Positions 11,129 through 22,060 are shown, counted from the stretch's first letter. The stretch is DNA of 64,000 nt from an uncultured Methanosarcinaceae archaeon (GCA_963721455.1 CAVRJG010000053.1:32001-96000); one strand, 5' to 3'. The notes: a model not told the origin generated them from the sequence alone. Numbers and translations: made by a program.

Positions 11129-12080
11129 AAAATTCTAAACGCCATACAGATCCAATAGGATCTCAAATAGCTCTGAAAATCCCTGATCTAATTTGATACT
11201 CGTTTCTTTAAAATTATCTCCCAAATGAATTTTTATTTCCAACTTTCTTTTGAATTTATGAACCAGATTCAGTGAAAAAAATAGGTTTTTAAATCAAAAT
11301 TCTAATTTGAGAGCCTCTGTATTCATACTTTTAAAAACAGCAACGTTTATAAAACGTTGCTATCCAGACAAATGATAAAACAAAATTCTCATTTTTAACA
11401 CTAAATATGTAGACTGTTGAAAATATTTTAAATATTCCTTTAACTTTTGGAACATTTGGGTTTTATAAAGTGTGTGAAACAAGTATATGATAATGGAAAA
11501 GGAATCAAAATATTAAGAATCTGTAGCAAATTTTACAGAAAATTAGGCACACTGCTATTTACTCCATTAATCTGGGCTTTTATAGGATAACGAACTGAGC
11601 TCAGTTTTTCTCAGGTAATATAGAGTAACTGTCAGCAGAACGATAATTCCTATGAGTCCTTCCCCTCCTTCTATCAGGTGGTTATAATCAGAATAAATGA
11701 TAATCCATATCCCGTGATCCTGTGCATTTTGTCACATATAGGAAATGTCACACAATGCAGATTACAGCCAGAAATCCAGGACGTCCGGCAGTTGCCAGGC
11801 TTACTATTTTGACCTAAAAAGGAAAGAAAAGAGGGCTGTTGAATCCCAAAAGAGGGGCAATCAATCCCTGGCTTCGGAATCTTCAAGTTCTATGAAATCT
11901 TTCACTATGTAATCACAAGTAGGTGCTCTCCCCACAAGCAGTTGATATTTTGAGAAAACTGTACTATAGTTAATCGGGTAATTTTATTAAGGGGAAACCT
12001 GAAAGTATCAAGTGGTCAATTATCAAAATATTCATCTGTAATCAAATGGTAGCTGAATTTTTAGTCGTGAGGAGATTAGC

Positions 12081-12665
12081 TTGGACTGGAATGAAGCATA
12101 TAAGGGTACACCGCCATGGGATGTCGGTCACCCCCAGCCAGTTTTCGAAGCCCTTATAAAGGACGGAGAAATTAAGCCTGGACGAGCCCTGGATATTGGA
12201 TGCGGCCGGGGTGATAATGCAATAATGTTAGCCATGAATGGGTGTGACGTCACAGGTATAGACCTTGTTGAAGATGCCATCTCTGACGCAAAGGCAAAGG
12301 TCATAGAGCATCATGTTAAGGTAAACTTCGTCGTCGGGAATGTATTACGGATGGACCGGCTTTTCATGGAGGCTGAATTCGATGTCGTTATCGATTCGGG
12401 TTTGTTTCACGCGATGACGGACGAGGAAAGGCCAGTTTTTGCATGGCAGGTACATAGGGTGCTAAAACCAGGCGGCAAATATTTTATGCTGTGTTTCTCC
12501 GATAAGGGGCCCGAAGGCTGCGGACCAAGGAGGATTTCAAAAGCTGAAATAGAGCGTACTTTCACGCCACTTTTCAACATTATCTATATAAAAGACTCGG
12601 CGTTCTATTCTAGAGTCGAGCCGAGTAGCAGTAAAGCTTACCTTGTATCAGCCGTCCGGAGTTAA
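12081..12665 (+). CDS. class I SAM-dependent methyltransferase (TPMT/TehB-like)
   Basis: PPWDVGHPQP, ALDIGCGRG, DSGLFH; TTG start after GAGGAG. Confidence 0.9.
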   Translation: MDWNEAYKGTPPWDVGHPQPVFEALIKDGEIKPGRALDIGCGRGDNAIMLAMNGCDVTGIDLVEDAISDAKAKVIEHHVKVNFVVGNVLRMDRLFMEAEFDVVIDSGLFHAMTDEERPVFAWQVHRVLKPGGKYFMLCFSDKGPEGCGPRRISKAEIERTFTPLFNIIYIKDSAFYSRVEPSSSKAYLVSAVRS

Positions 12666-12700
12666 TCAGATCAAGATAGATGTTTGGTGCTCCCTGTTTA

Positions 12701-12854
12701 AAGCCTATCCAAAAAGTCAATAATGGCATGTAAGTCAATACTGGCATGTTGTAAAAGTTAGAATAGATGTGTAATATCCGGATATCCGTTCCGATTGTGT
12801 ATAGTGCCAATTTTAAAAAGTTACAGTAGGTCACACCACCTTTCGGATAGGCTC
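12701..12854. mobile_element. MITE-like non-autonomous element (154 bp)
   Basis: Imperfect terminal inverted repeats AAGCCTATCCAAAAAG / CTTTCGGATAGGCTC, flanked by TA on both sides; no coding capacity. Confidence 0.65.
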
Positions 12855-13654
12855 TAAAACAGTCTCAAGAGAAGCTCAATAATAAAAAATTTAATAAAAA
12901 AGTTGTTAAAGATAAAGTAAAAATAGTAAGAAGAAGCCCAGAGGCACTGTATCTACTGTATCCCCCAATACAGTCTCTTCGAATTTATGCTTCCCCAAAC
13001 ATATTAATTCGAAGAAGGATCAGCGACCTCCAGGAGATTCTTTATTTATTGTGGTAGATATCCCAACTCATTTCCCAACTCCAGAATATACTAATAGTAC
13101 AAATTATATTAAATTGATTATACAAAAAATTGTTTTTAATTAAAAAATAGTTTGGCATAAAAAATTTCAAGCCCAACGGGGCAAAATTAGGGGATAAACA
13201 TTTTACACTTAACAGTAGTTCCGATAAGACTTACTTCCGAATGATAAAAACATATTAATTTTACTTTTTACCCACTAATTTTCAAAATATACTATATTAT
13301 TGATCAGAGCTTAAAATTCTTAAGCTATAACTTCCACTAACATTTTACAAAAAATAATATCTTATAGAATAATTTTATAGCATAAGCTATTAAGTTCGTA
13401 AATGTCCTTTTCTCACAAAGTCCATAAGGAAATTTACCTCGTGACCTTCAAGGTTAATCGTTATCATGAAGATGTAAAGGGATTCAGAGCTTATAAGTTA
13501 ACAAATAATTAAATTTTCGCGACACTAGTCTTCTTAAAAGGGCAGATGGGGCTGCCCGGAGAAAGAGTTTGGATGCCTGGGTACAGAAATTTTTAGCAAG
13601 AGAAACTAAAAAGGAAATAAAAAATGAAGTAGAAAGTGTCTGATTTCTCAGGCA

Positions 13655-14878
13655 TCAGGTTCTATTTTTTACTACTTCTTTTGCGGCGTCCTTGAAGAGT
13701 ACGCGGAGGTCCCAGAGAAGTTTTTTATTGGCTTTAAAGAGAGCCTGTAGCAGGTCAAGAAGGCTCATTCTCTCAAATTTTACATCCTTCAGGGAATGGG
13801 CAAGGGAATTAAGGTTTTCATCAGTTAGATTGATAAAACAGTTCTTTACGATAAGGCTCATATCGATATCATGCCCTATAGTTGCCCTCCAGCGCTTTTC
13901 ATAAACTTCCTCGAGTTTTCCGAGAGAGACATCTCCTGCGGATATAGCTGCATAGGCAGCTTCTCCTGCCATTTTTCCTGCATCCATAGCGTTAAGAATC
14001 CCACCGCCTGTGATCGGGTCGGACTGGCGTGCAGCATCTCCCACGATCATCAGTCCGTTAACTGAAGTTTTCTCAATGCTGCCTGAGACCGGAACTCCTC
14101 CGAAGACCACTTCTATTATACTGGCATCCGGAAATTTCTTCTCAATAAAACTGTTAAGGTAATCTACGGGCCTCGGCTTGAATTTTCTCATTTTGCTCCC
14201 GAGAATTCCTATCCCGACATTGGCTTTGCCCTCTCCTTTCGGGAAAATCCAGATATAGCCGCCTGGTGCGGCATCATTTCCTATATAGAATTCACAGTAC
14301 TCCTGGTTTACATCCGCGCCTGCTATAAGGTACTGGGCGCAGGTTTCAATGTCTATTGGCTTTAAGGAAGTATCAATTCCTGCCCACCTGCCTACTTTTG
14401 ATTCGACCCCGTCAGCGCCTATAACTATTCTGGCACGCACGTCATACTCTTTTCCAAGATGCATGAGCCGGGCTCCTTTGACGAAGTCATCTTCAATGAT
14501 CAGGCCAGTTGCTCTGGTTTTTACCCTAACTTCTGCTCCGGCTTTCGCAGCCTGTTCTGCAAGGGCGCGATCAAAAACTTTTCTCTCAAGGACATAGCCT
14601 ACTTCTCCACCGGAGATTTCTTCTGCCATCTCTATCTTTGTACCGTCCGGGGCGTAAATACAGGAGGCTTTCAGGTCAGCGCAAATCCATCTGTTGTCAA
14701 TTTCCACATGTTTTTTGAGATTCTCTTTGTTCACGCCTTCGGCGCAGCGTACAGGATCACCTATTTCCTGGCGTTTTTCGATTAAAAGGACATCTAGCCC
14801 ATTTTCAGCCGCGGTTTTTGCAGCAATGGAACCTGCAGGACCGGCCCCTATTACTAAAACATCATACCTGTCCTTCAT
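13655..14878 (-). CDS. digeranylgeranylglycerophospholipid reductase (geranylgeranyl reductase)
   Basis: [29 protein letters not shown] and [14 protein letters not shown] motifs. Confidence 0.93.
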   Translation of the reverse strand: MKDRYDVLVIGAGPAGSIAAKTAAENGLDVLLIEKRQEIGDPVRCAEGVNKENLKKHVEIDNRWICADLKASCIYAPDGTKIEMAEEISGGEVGYVLERKVFDRALAEQAAKAGAEVRVKTRATGLIIEDDFVKGARLMHLGKEYDVRARIVIGADGVESKVGRWAGIDTSLKPIDIETCAQYLIAGADVNQEYCEFYIGNDAAPGGYIWIFPKGEGKANVGIGILGSKMRKFKPRPVDYLNSFIEKKFPDASIIEVVFGGVPVSGSIEKTSVNGLMIVGDAARQSDPITGGGILNAMDAGKMAGEAAYAAISAGDVSLGKLEEVYEKRWRATIGHDIDMSLIVKNCFINLTDENLNSLAHSLKDVKFERMSLLDLLQALFKANKKLLWDLRVLFKDAAKEVVKNRT

Positions 14879-15051
14879 TTCATTACCTCAATTGCTCCCA
14901 CAGGGCAGATGCGATCACATATCCCGCATGCCATGCACGTATTTTCATCTACTTCAACCCAGGTCTCCACAAGTTCGAGTGCTCCCTTAGGGCAGACTCC
15001 CACACAGGCACCACAGTATCCGCATTTATATCTGTTTATGTTGATGCTCAC
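14875..15051 (-). CDS. 2x[4Fe-4S] ferredoxin (58 aa), not in the ORF track
   Basis: Manual translation from GTG 15051: [58 protein letters not shown]; two CxxCxxCxxxCP motifs; ATGA overlap with the GGR start. Confidence 0.92.
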   Translation of the reverse strand: MSININRYKCGYCGACVGVCPKGALELVETWVEVDENTCMACGICDRICPVGAIEVMK

Positions 15052-15886
15052 CAGCTCACCTGTAATATTTTAAGGCAGATAAGATATTTATGGCATGTTA
15101 AGGCAGTTTGATAAATTATGGCGATTTTAGAACAGATAATAGCAATTCCCTAACATATATCTTTTGTTGATTAAGACTGCCAGGCTTGAAAGAATTCCTT
15201 CTTTTAATCTCTAACTTTCGGAAATCAAGGATTTTCTCCGATCTGCAGGGTCCCATTTTCTGCAAACAAGCCCCTCTTTTTTATAAGGTATCGATCATGC
15301 TTGTCAGATTTCCCTTCTGAAAGTCCGGAAATTTTCCACTATTCGTGGGTATAATTTTCCCTGTTTATTGATAATCACAGTGAAATGCCTTTTATCTAAT
15401 TTCTGATTCGGACGACAGTTTTATGATTTGCCCGCGAGGTGATATGATTGAGTTCAATTTTTTCGAACCCAATTTGTTTCCAATCTAATTGTTCGGACCC
15501 ATATTGTATCGTATCATTAGTTTGTTTACGTATTGTTCAATTTCAAACTAAATGCGAATGAATTCTATTTATATTTTATGATTCTGAATATCGGATCGGA
15601 AAATTCGGCACTTAGCTTCCTTCTTTTAGGCTTACATAAGGTTCCCAAATGCAACTGTGTCCACACAAAAGTGATCCTCTGCCCTAAGCCCCATATCCCA
15701 CTAATTTATAGTCAACTCAACAATTAACTGCACTTTTAGAGTGTAATTTCCGGTTATTACTCTTGTTTATATTTGTAAATATTTCCTGTGTTGACTATAG
15801 TTATTATTTCCCCCATAACACTTTCCTTCGACTTCTATATAACCTTTCTCTGTTTTCGATTATTTAATAATTGCGACCCCACTGGC

Positions 15887-16513
15887 TCAAATTAGAGCCA
15901 GCCCTACCCTTCCTCTTCTAATCTCAAGCCTGAACTTCTGGCTGATATAATCTTTTGCAGCTCCATTTCCGTGTATAAGCAGTTCTACGAGGTCTTCGGG
16001 TTCATCTATATCGGTGCCTGCAAGGAAAGAGTCGTAGATTTCAACATTCTGCCCTGCTTTTGCTGCAATCGAACAGTGTGTCAGAAAACTCGAGCCATAG
16101 TACCTTACCCTGTAGCTTGAAGGGTTTCTTATAAACAGTACATTCGTACCCCCCCCTTTTCCGGGGACGATACACACATCTTCTTTTGTTGAAGTTATTC
16201 CTTTAATATGGTCTGGAGAAAGGAGGGGGAGGTCAGCCATAACAATCAGGACCGGCTCCTCAGCCTCTTCGAGATACCTGTTAATAGCCTCATTCAGGTC
16301 GTTCTTGTCCAGAAGAACCCTGGTTTTCCTCATATTCTCAAGCCCGTACATCGAAGGACTGAGAATATCGATTTTTTCTATTCCGGCTTCTTGGAGGGAG
16401 TCTATTACCTGATTCAGCATGAGTTCCACAAACTCTTCCCTTTCTTCCTGATTCAGGACAGGGGACAATCGGGATTTTGCACTGGCTTTTTTATAAGGGA
16501 TTACGGCTTTCAT
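15887..16513 (-). CDS. cofC: 2-phospho-L-lactate guanylyltransferase
   Basis: MKAVIPYK..AKSRLSPVL, MADLPLL, GGGTN, DIDEPEDL. Confidence 0.95.
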   Translation of the reverse strand: MKAVIPYKKASAKSRLSPVLNQEEREEFVELMLNQVIDSLQEAGIEKIDILSPSMYGLENMRKTRVLLDKNDLNEAINRYLEEAEEPVLIVMADLPLLSPDHIKGITSTKEDVCIVPGKGGGTNVLFIRNPSSYRVRYYGSSFLTHCSIAAKAGQNVEIYDSFLAGTDIDEPEDLVELLIHGNGAAKDYISQKFRLEIRRGRVGLALI

Positions 16514-16576
16514 CTGGACTCCTGCAAATAGTGACCTTTTAACCTTCCGGAAATCAAATCTTCAATTTAATCGTTC

Positions 16577-17734
16577 TTATTCCCTGCTGCCTATTTTGGT
16601 CCTTCCGTAATTCGGAAGTGGCCCTTCTCTATCCGGAAATCTTGGCTCCACTTTCCTGTACAGAGTATCCCTCTGCATGGGAATTCTTCCTGCACCTTTT
16701 ATCATCCATTCGAACTCTGCAGGAGACACATATTCCCCATGGCTTCCTCCGGACGCTGTTGAGATCTGGTCTTCCATAAGCGTGCCTCCGAGGTCGTTTG
16801 CTCCGCATTGAAGGGCTACCTGTGCAAGTTTTTTCCCGAGCTTAACCCAGGTGGCCTGAATGTTGTTTACGTAGGTGTGCAGGATTATGCGGGAAATGGC
16901 AATGAGCTGCAGGTCTTCGAGTCCTGTGCTTGCGAACTTTCCGGATGCCAGCATCTTTTCCCCTATCCTGTTATTGTAAGGCAAAAAGGACATTGGAATA
17001 AGTTCCGAAAACCCGCCGGTCTCTTTCTGGATTTCGCGGATAGTAAATACATGGTCCAGGCGTTCTTCGGCCGTTTCCACATGCCCGTACATGATGGTTG
17101 CATTGGTGGAAATTCCGGTTTTATGTGCAGTCTTTATGGTATCGATCCATTGCTGAGTATTGATTTTTCCGGGACAGATAATTTTTCTAACCCTATCGGA
17201 AAGAATCTCTGCAGAAGTTCCGGTAAGAGAATCAAGCCCGCTGTCTTTAAGTTTGCGCAGGGCCTCTTTTACGGACATGCCTGAAATTCCTGCCGCGTAA
17301 TTTACTTCCATAGGGGACAGGGCATGAATACAGATATCAGGAAACTCGGCTTTTATGGATTCTACGATCTCAAGATAGAATTCCATGTCAATTTCCGGGG
17401 TATACCCTCCCTGGACGCAAACTTCGACAACCCCGGCTTTTCTGGCTTCACCCACCTTTTTCAGGATTTCTTCCACACTCAGTATATAACCTTTCTCTGT
17501 CCTGTAAGCGCAGAATCCGCAGTTTCCTGCGCATTTATTTGTAATGTAGATGTTCCTGTTCATAACATAACTAACAATATCGCCTGCGGTATGGGCCCGC
17601 AGGGTGTCGGCAAGTTCAAATAGCTCAAATGGGCTTCCTTCAAGCAGGATAAGCGCATCTTCTTTAGTGCACTTTCCCTGATGTGCCCTCTCAATGACAT
17701 CATCGGGGATTACTGCCGGTTTTTTCATGTACAT
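16577..17734 (-). CDS. cofH: FO synthase subunit CofH (paralog 1)
   Basis: CAGNCGFCAY radical-SAM motif; TSAEILSD; NIQATWVKLG; GANDLGGTLME. Confidence 0.92.
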   Translation of the reverse strand: MYMKKPAVIPDDVIERAHQGKCTKEDALILLEGSPFELFELADTLRAHTAGDIVSYVMNRNIYITNKCAGNCGFCAYRTEKGYILSVEEILKKVGEARKAGVVEVCVQGGYTPEIDMEFYLEIVESIKAEFPDICIHALSPMEVNYAAGISGMSVKEALRKLKDSGLDSLTGTSAEILSDRVRKIICPGKINTQQWIDTIKTAHKTGISTNATIMYGHVETAEERLDHVFTIREIQKETGGFSELIPMSFLPYNNRIGEKMLASGKFASTGLEDLQLIAISRIILHTYVNNIQATWVKLGKKLAQVALQCGANDLGGTLMEDQISTASGGSHGEYVSPAEFEWMIKGAGRIPMQRDTLYRKVEPRFPDREGPLPNYGRTKIGSRE

Positions 17735-17788
17735 CCGATCATTCCTGTTTAAGCTGAGGTATTTCCTACTTATTCCCGATGGATAGGG

Positions 17789-18916
17789 TCATTCAGAGAC
17801 TCCGCACCCTGGCGTCTTCTGACTTCCCGAAGCCAGCTCGCGCACTCTTCCGTACAGAGTCGTTCTCTCTTCCGGGATTCTTCCGGCTCCATGGATCATC
17901 CACTCCAGTTCTTCGACCGTAATCATTTCCCCGTGACAGGCCCCGGCAGACCTGGAAATGCTTTCTTCCATAAGGGTACCCCCAAGGTCGTTAGCGCCAC
18001 AGTGAAGGGCGAATTGGGCAAGCTTTTTCCCGAGTTTCACCCAGCTTGCCTGAATATTTTCCACATGCCCGTGGAGAAGAATACGGGAAATAGCATAGGT
18101 TTTCAGATCCTCAAGGCCCGGAGTGGCATATCTGCCTTCCCTTATCATTTTTTCCCCTACAGGGTTGTTGTAGGGCATAAAAGGCAGGGGCACAAATTCC
18201 GTAATCCTGCCTGTCTCTTTCTGGATCTCCCTGATGATCAGCATGTGCTCGATCCTTTCCTCCAGGGTTTCAACATGCCCGTACATCATGGTTGCAGTTG
18301 TAGGGATGCCTGCAGCATGTGCCTGCCTGACAACCTCGACCCATTCTCCGGTTTTCAGTTTCAAGGGGCAGATAATCTCCCTCACCCTGTCCGAAAGTAT
18401 TTCTGCCGCAGTTCCGGGCATTGTGTCAAGCCCGCTTCTTTTAAGCCTTAAAAGGGCTTCTTTTACCGGTATTTCGCTGATACGGGAAGCATGGTAGACT
18501 TCCATTGGCGAAAAAGAATGAATATGCATTTCAGGAAACTCAGCTTTTATGGCTTCTACAATCCCAAGGTAGAAGTCCAGGCCCACATCAGGAAGCAGTC
18601 CCCCCTGGATACAAACTTCAGTCGCATTTGCCTGCTTTGCCTCTCTTACCTTTGTCATGATTTCTTCAATGCTGAGAACTTTGCCTGTGTTTGTCCTGAA
18701 TGCGCAAAACCCGCATGTTCCTACACAGCGGCTTGTAAAATTGATATTCCTGTTTACTACGTAAGTAACTGTATCTCCTGCTGCAAGGGAGCGGAGTTCG
18801 TCCGCAAATCTGAAGAGTTCGAAAGGAGGTACCTCCAGGAGTAGAAGCCCATCTTCTTTTGTGCTCTTTCCCTGGTATGCGCGTTCTATGAGGTCTTCGG
18901 GAATTTTGCTGTTCAT
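17789..18916 (-). CDS. cofH: FO synthase subunit CofH (paralog 2)
   Basis: VVNRNINFT..CVGTCGFCAF; PGTAAEILSD; NIQASWVKLG; GGTLMEESISRSAGA. Confidence 0.94.
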   Translation of the reverse strand: MNSKIPEDLIERAYQGKSTKEDGLLLLEVPPFELFRFADELRSLAAGDTVTYVVNRNINFTSRCVGTCGFCAFRTNTGKVLSIEEIMTKVREAKQANATEVCIQGGLLPDVGLDFYLGIVEAIKAEFPEMHIHSFSPMEVYHASRISEIPVKEALLRLKRSGLDTMPGTAAEILSDRVREIICPLKLKTGEWVEVVRQAHAAGIPTTATMMYGHVETLEERIEHMLIIREIQKETGRITEFVPLPFMPYNNPVGEKMIREGRYATPGLEDLKTYAISRILLHGHVENIQASWVKLGKKLAQFALHCGANDLGGTLMEESISRSAGACHGEMITVEELEWMIHGAGRIPEERTTLYGRVRELASGSQKTPGCGVSE

Positions 18917-18942
18917 TTTTCTAATTCCTCCGCGTGCCCTGT

Positions 18943-19944
18943 TCAGGGCTGTTTCCTGTAACCTTCCCTGTCAGAAAGCTGTCTGATCAGCCCGCCTATT
19001 CTGTCAGAGTACCACCCTCTTTTTATGTACTGAGGGTAAATTGGCAGGCGTTCCCTGAGAGGGACAGTCTCCAGTTTCTCTTGCAGGTCTTTTACATCCG
19101 GCCATTCGGCTTCAGGATTAATCCAGTCAATGGTCAGTGGAGATATGCCTCCCAGGTCAGTCACCCCTTTTGCGATAAGGGCTTTTGGGTCTATAAGGTT
19201 TGGGGCAACCTGCACTGCCACGTCAGGAGGAAGGATCTGCCTGGCAAGGAGTATAGTATCAATCATTTCTTCCGCTGTGGGCTCAGGAAAGTTTTCCATG
19301 GGTGTCCCCGGCTTTGGGGCAAAGTTCTGGATAATGACTTCCTGGATATGCCCGTATTCCCTGTGAAGGCCTGCGATAGCCTCAAGGGACTCTATTCTGT
19401 CCTCCCTTTTCTCCCCGATTCCTACAAGGAGGCCTGTAGTATAGGGAATCTGAAGTTTTCCGGCTTCCCGGATCGTATCAAGCCTGCGTTCCGGAAGTTT
19501 TCCAGGGCAGTCTTTATGGGCGTCCAGGGTTGCCGTGCTCTCAAGCATCAGCCCCATGCTCGCGTTCAGAGGCTTTAAAGCCTGCAGCTCCGAGCGCGTC
19601 ATGATTCCTGCATTCGTATGAGGGAGAATTCCGATCTCGATTGCAGTTTCACAGAGAAAGAGAAGGTATTCCAGAGTGGAAGAATAACCAAGTCCTTTGA
19701 GCCACTCCCTGTACTCCGGCACCTCCTCTGCATACTCCCCAAAGGTGAAAAGAGCTTCAGTGCACCCGGCCTTTACTCCGTTTTCAAGAACAGGAATGAT
19801 TTCTCCGGGCTTCATGAGCCTGGCGTCCGGTTGTCCGGGTTCCCGCCTAAAGCCGCAGTAACCGCAGCGGTTCCTGCAGATATTGGTTACGGGAATGAAA
19901 ACGTTTTTCGAGTAGGTAACAAAATTGGAATTTTTCGGTAGAAT
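18943..19944 (-). CDS. cofG: FO synthase subunit CofG
   Basis: In-frame upstream of ATG 19815: VTYSKNVFIPVTNICRNRCGYCGF (radical-SAM motif); EALFTFGE, PHTNAG, SMGLMLES, IQEVIIQNF; start inferred at ATT 19944. Confidence 0.92.
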   Translation of the reverse strand: MLPKNSNFVTYSKNVFIPVTNICRNRCGYCGFRREPGQPDARLMKPGEIIPVLENGVKAGCTEALFTFGEYAEEVPEYREWLKGLGYSSTLEYLLFLCETAIEIGILPHTNAGIMTRSELQALKPLNASMGLMLESTATLDAHKDCPGKLPERRLDTIREAGKLQIPYTTGLLVGIGEKREDRIESLEAIAGLHREYGHIQEVIIQNFAPKPGTPMENFPEPTAEEMIDTILLARQILPPDVAVQVAPNLIDPKALIAKGVTDLGGISPLTIDWINPEAEWPDVKDLQEKLETVPLRERLPIYPQYIKRGWYSDRIGGLIRQLSDREGYRKQP

Positions 19945-19977
19945 GGTAAAACACCTGCCGGGTCTGTTTCTGGAACT

Positions 19978-21255
19978 TCAGCCTAGGACTTTCTTCATGG
20001 TTGCAGCCACACCGAGAGCCACTCCTTCGACTTCGATGCCTCCTCTTCCTTTGGCTCCATCCCCTACGACGTAGAGCTCAGGAATCGGGGTTTCGTTGCC
20101 AGGGTCCGTACCTGAGGCTGCCCTGTTTACTGGCCAGCCGTCATGGTATGACTGGATGAGCAGGACTTCGTATTTCTTACCGGGAAAGATTTCTTTAAGA
20201 TCCTGAAGCCCTAATTCGATCTCAGCCTCGAGATTTTTCACATTCTCAGGGGCTACGTGCTGGTGGGACATCGTAAGGTGCTTGCCAGGCGGAGCCAGTT
20301 TCGGGTCAACCTGCGTAACCTCATCGATCCCATTTATCCTTTTCGCATACGGGGTCAGAAGGACGCCCGAATGCCCTACAAGCGGCTCGTCTGCAGCAAG
20401 GCAAATCTTTATGCCGGCAGAAGGCTTCAGGGTCTCAAGCATCCGGATGTATCCTGAATATCTCTCTCCGGAGAGAACTTCACCGCAGAGGCAGGCAGTT
20501 GCGGCATGCCCCACATTGCTGATGACCAGGTTTGCTTCATATGCATCATCGCCAACAATAACGCCTGTGGCTCTTCCATTTTCCACAAGAATTTTTGAAA
20601 CCTCGGTTTTAGTATGAATCTTTCCGCCGTTTGCAGCAATGACTCTTTCCAGGGCGTCGATGACTCCTTTGCACCCGCCAATGGGAACGCCGGGGCCGCC
20701 GAATCTGTACATGTTTTCAATTATCTCGAAGACTTCTCCAACAGGGACTTCGTCACTTCTCAGGCTCAGGGACCAGCCGCAGAAGGAATCGGCAAACCTC
20801 ACAAGCCATTCATCTTTAAATTGAGTCCTGATCCATGCCTGCAGAGTGCTTCCTGTCGGGTGGCTCCTTCTCGTATTCGCTATAAGAAAGGCAATTTTCA
20901 GGCGGTCTTTATGGGAAAGAAGTGTAGAAAATTCGTTAAAAGAGATATCCTTGAAGCCTTTCCCATAATCCTGGCTACCTTTCTTCAGAGGTACGCGCAT
21001 GGTTGTCTGTTTTGACCTCACTATCTCCACGTTAGCTCCTACTTCCCTGAGAAGCTGAGCCAGAGGTCCTGAAGGTCCATGAGGAAGTATATGAAAAGCT
21101 CCGCTCGAAAGCTGGAACCCTTTGTAGTTGAGGTTTGTAAACCTCCCTCCTGTAATCGGAAGCCTCTCAAAAACTTCGACCTGGTATCCTGCCTGCGAGA
21201 GTCTGGCTGCACTTAAGAGCCCTCCCAGGCCGGCACCAATTATAATCGCCTTCAC
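19978..21255 (-). CDS. phytoene-desaturase-like FAD oxidoreductase, probable isoprenoid-lipid reductase
   Basis: KAIIIGAGLGGL..VFE...GGR Rossmann motif; LYVVGD; GTG start at 21255 overlaps the upstream ferredoxin stop. Confidence 0.85.
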   Translation of the reverse strand: MKAIIIGAGLGGLLSAARLSQAGYQVEVFERLPITGGRFTNLNYKGFQLSSGAFHILPHGPSGPLAQLLREVGANVEIVRSKQTTMRVPLKKGSQDYGKGFKDISFNEFSTLLSHKDRLKIAFLIANTRRSHPTGSTLQAWIRTQFKDEWLVRFADSFCGWSLSLRSDEVPVGEVFEIIENMYRFGGPGVPIGGCKGVIDALERVIAANGGKIHTKTEVSKILVENGRATGVIVGDDAYEANLVISNVGHAATACLCGEVLSGERYSGYIRMLETLKPSAGIKICLAADEPLVGHSGVLLTPYAKRINGIDEVTQVDPKLAPPGKHLTMSHQHVAPENVKNLEAEIELGLQDLKEIFPGKKYEVLLIQSYHDGWPVNRAASGTDPGNETPIPELYVVGDGAKGRGGIEVEGVALGVAATMKKVLG

Positions 21256-21413
21256 GCCGACACCTCTATGGCTTTCATAGGGCAGTAGAGGACACATATT
21301 CCGCATTCTACACAGTCGGCAGTAGCTCGTGCCTTTCCCTTTACCTCTATTGCTCCTTTCTTGCAAAAAGAAGCACACTGGCCACACCCTACACAGTTAT
21401 CATTAATCTTCAT
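21252..21413 (-). CDS. 2x[4Fe-4S] ferredoxin (53 aa), not in the ORF track
   Basis: Manual translation: MKINDNCVGCGQCASFCKKGAIEVKGKARATADCVECGICVLYCPMKAIEVSA*; two CxxCxxCxxxC motifs; GTGA overlap with the downstream oxidoreductase. Confidence 0.9.
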   Translation of the reverse strand: MKINDNCVGCGQCASFCKKGAIEVKGKARATADCVECGICVLYCPMKAIEVSA

Positions 21414-21818
21414 GCGATTCCACCAGCTTTTCTATCATAAAAAGAGTTATTATAATGTATTGGTACAGTGTGTTGCTCCGGCCGTGTGCTCAGGATTGAC
21501 TATGGAAGCGTGATTTTTTTCTGCCATAAATGCGGTAACCATATGTTGTAATCGGTGATATGTCATTTATTTCCTTTGTTGACTTTTCCCTTTTCCCCGT
21601 TGTAATCTCCCACAATCCCACAATAAAACATTGGGTTTATTCTAAGGCCCACTGTTGAACTTTTGGTAAATCACTGGAGAGCAATATAAGGTATGTTTTA
21701 AGTACTGTTTAAAATTCCTCAGTTTTGCAGGATTTAATGATGCTGTTTTTTTATATCCATTGTGTTTACTTTAAATACTATTCGCACAATATGAAAACTA
21801 TAAATTCTATACGTATAA

Positions 21819-21915
21819 ATTATCAGATAGATATTAAAAATTATCAGATAGATATTAAAAATTATCAGATAGATATTAAAAATTATCAGATAGATATTAA
21901 AAATTATCAGATAGA
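21819..21915. repeat. perfect 21-bp tandem repeat (AATTATCAGATAGATATTAAA), 4 full copies plus 1 partial
   Basis: Read directly from the sequence; no spacers between units. Confidence 0.95.
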
Positions 21916-22060
21916 ATTAAGACAAAAGAGAACTCGCAAGAATCAAAGCGAACCAGATAAACTTTATTGTTAGAGATGTGGGAGACCTGTATCTTTTTTT
22001 ATTTATCCGGTTGGGGGTAAGGTACCGGCTATGTGAGGAATACGAGGAGGTATTAAGGAA

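Noticed and set aside
11640-11960. Slightly GC-richer patch and 70-aa ORF in the intergenic region
   Set aside because: No family could be recognised in any frame examined.
21819-21915. Possible CRISPR array, or the 82-aa NYQIDIK-repeat ORF (21725-21973)
   Set aside because: The units are contiguous with no spacers and no cas genes are nearby. The ORF is probably a by-product of a repeat unit divisible by 3.
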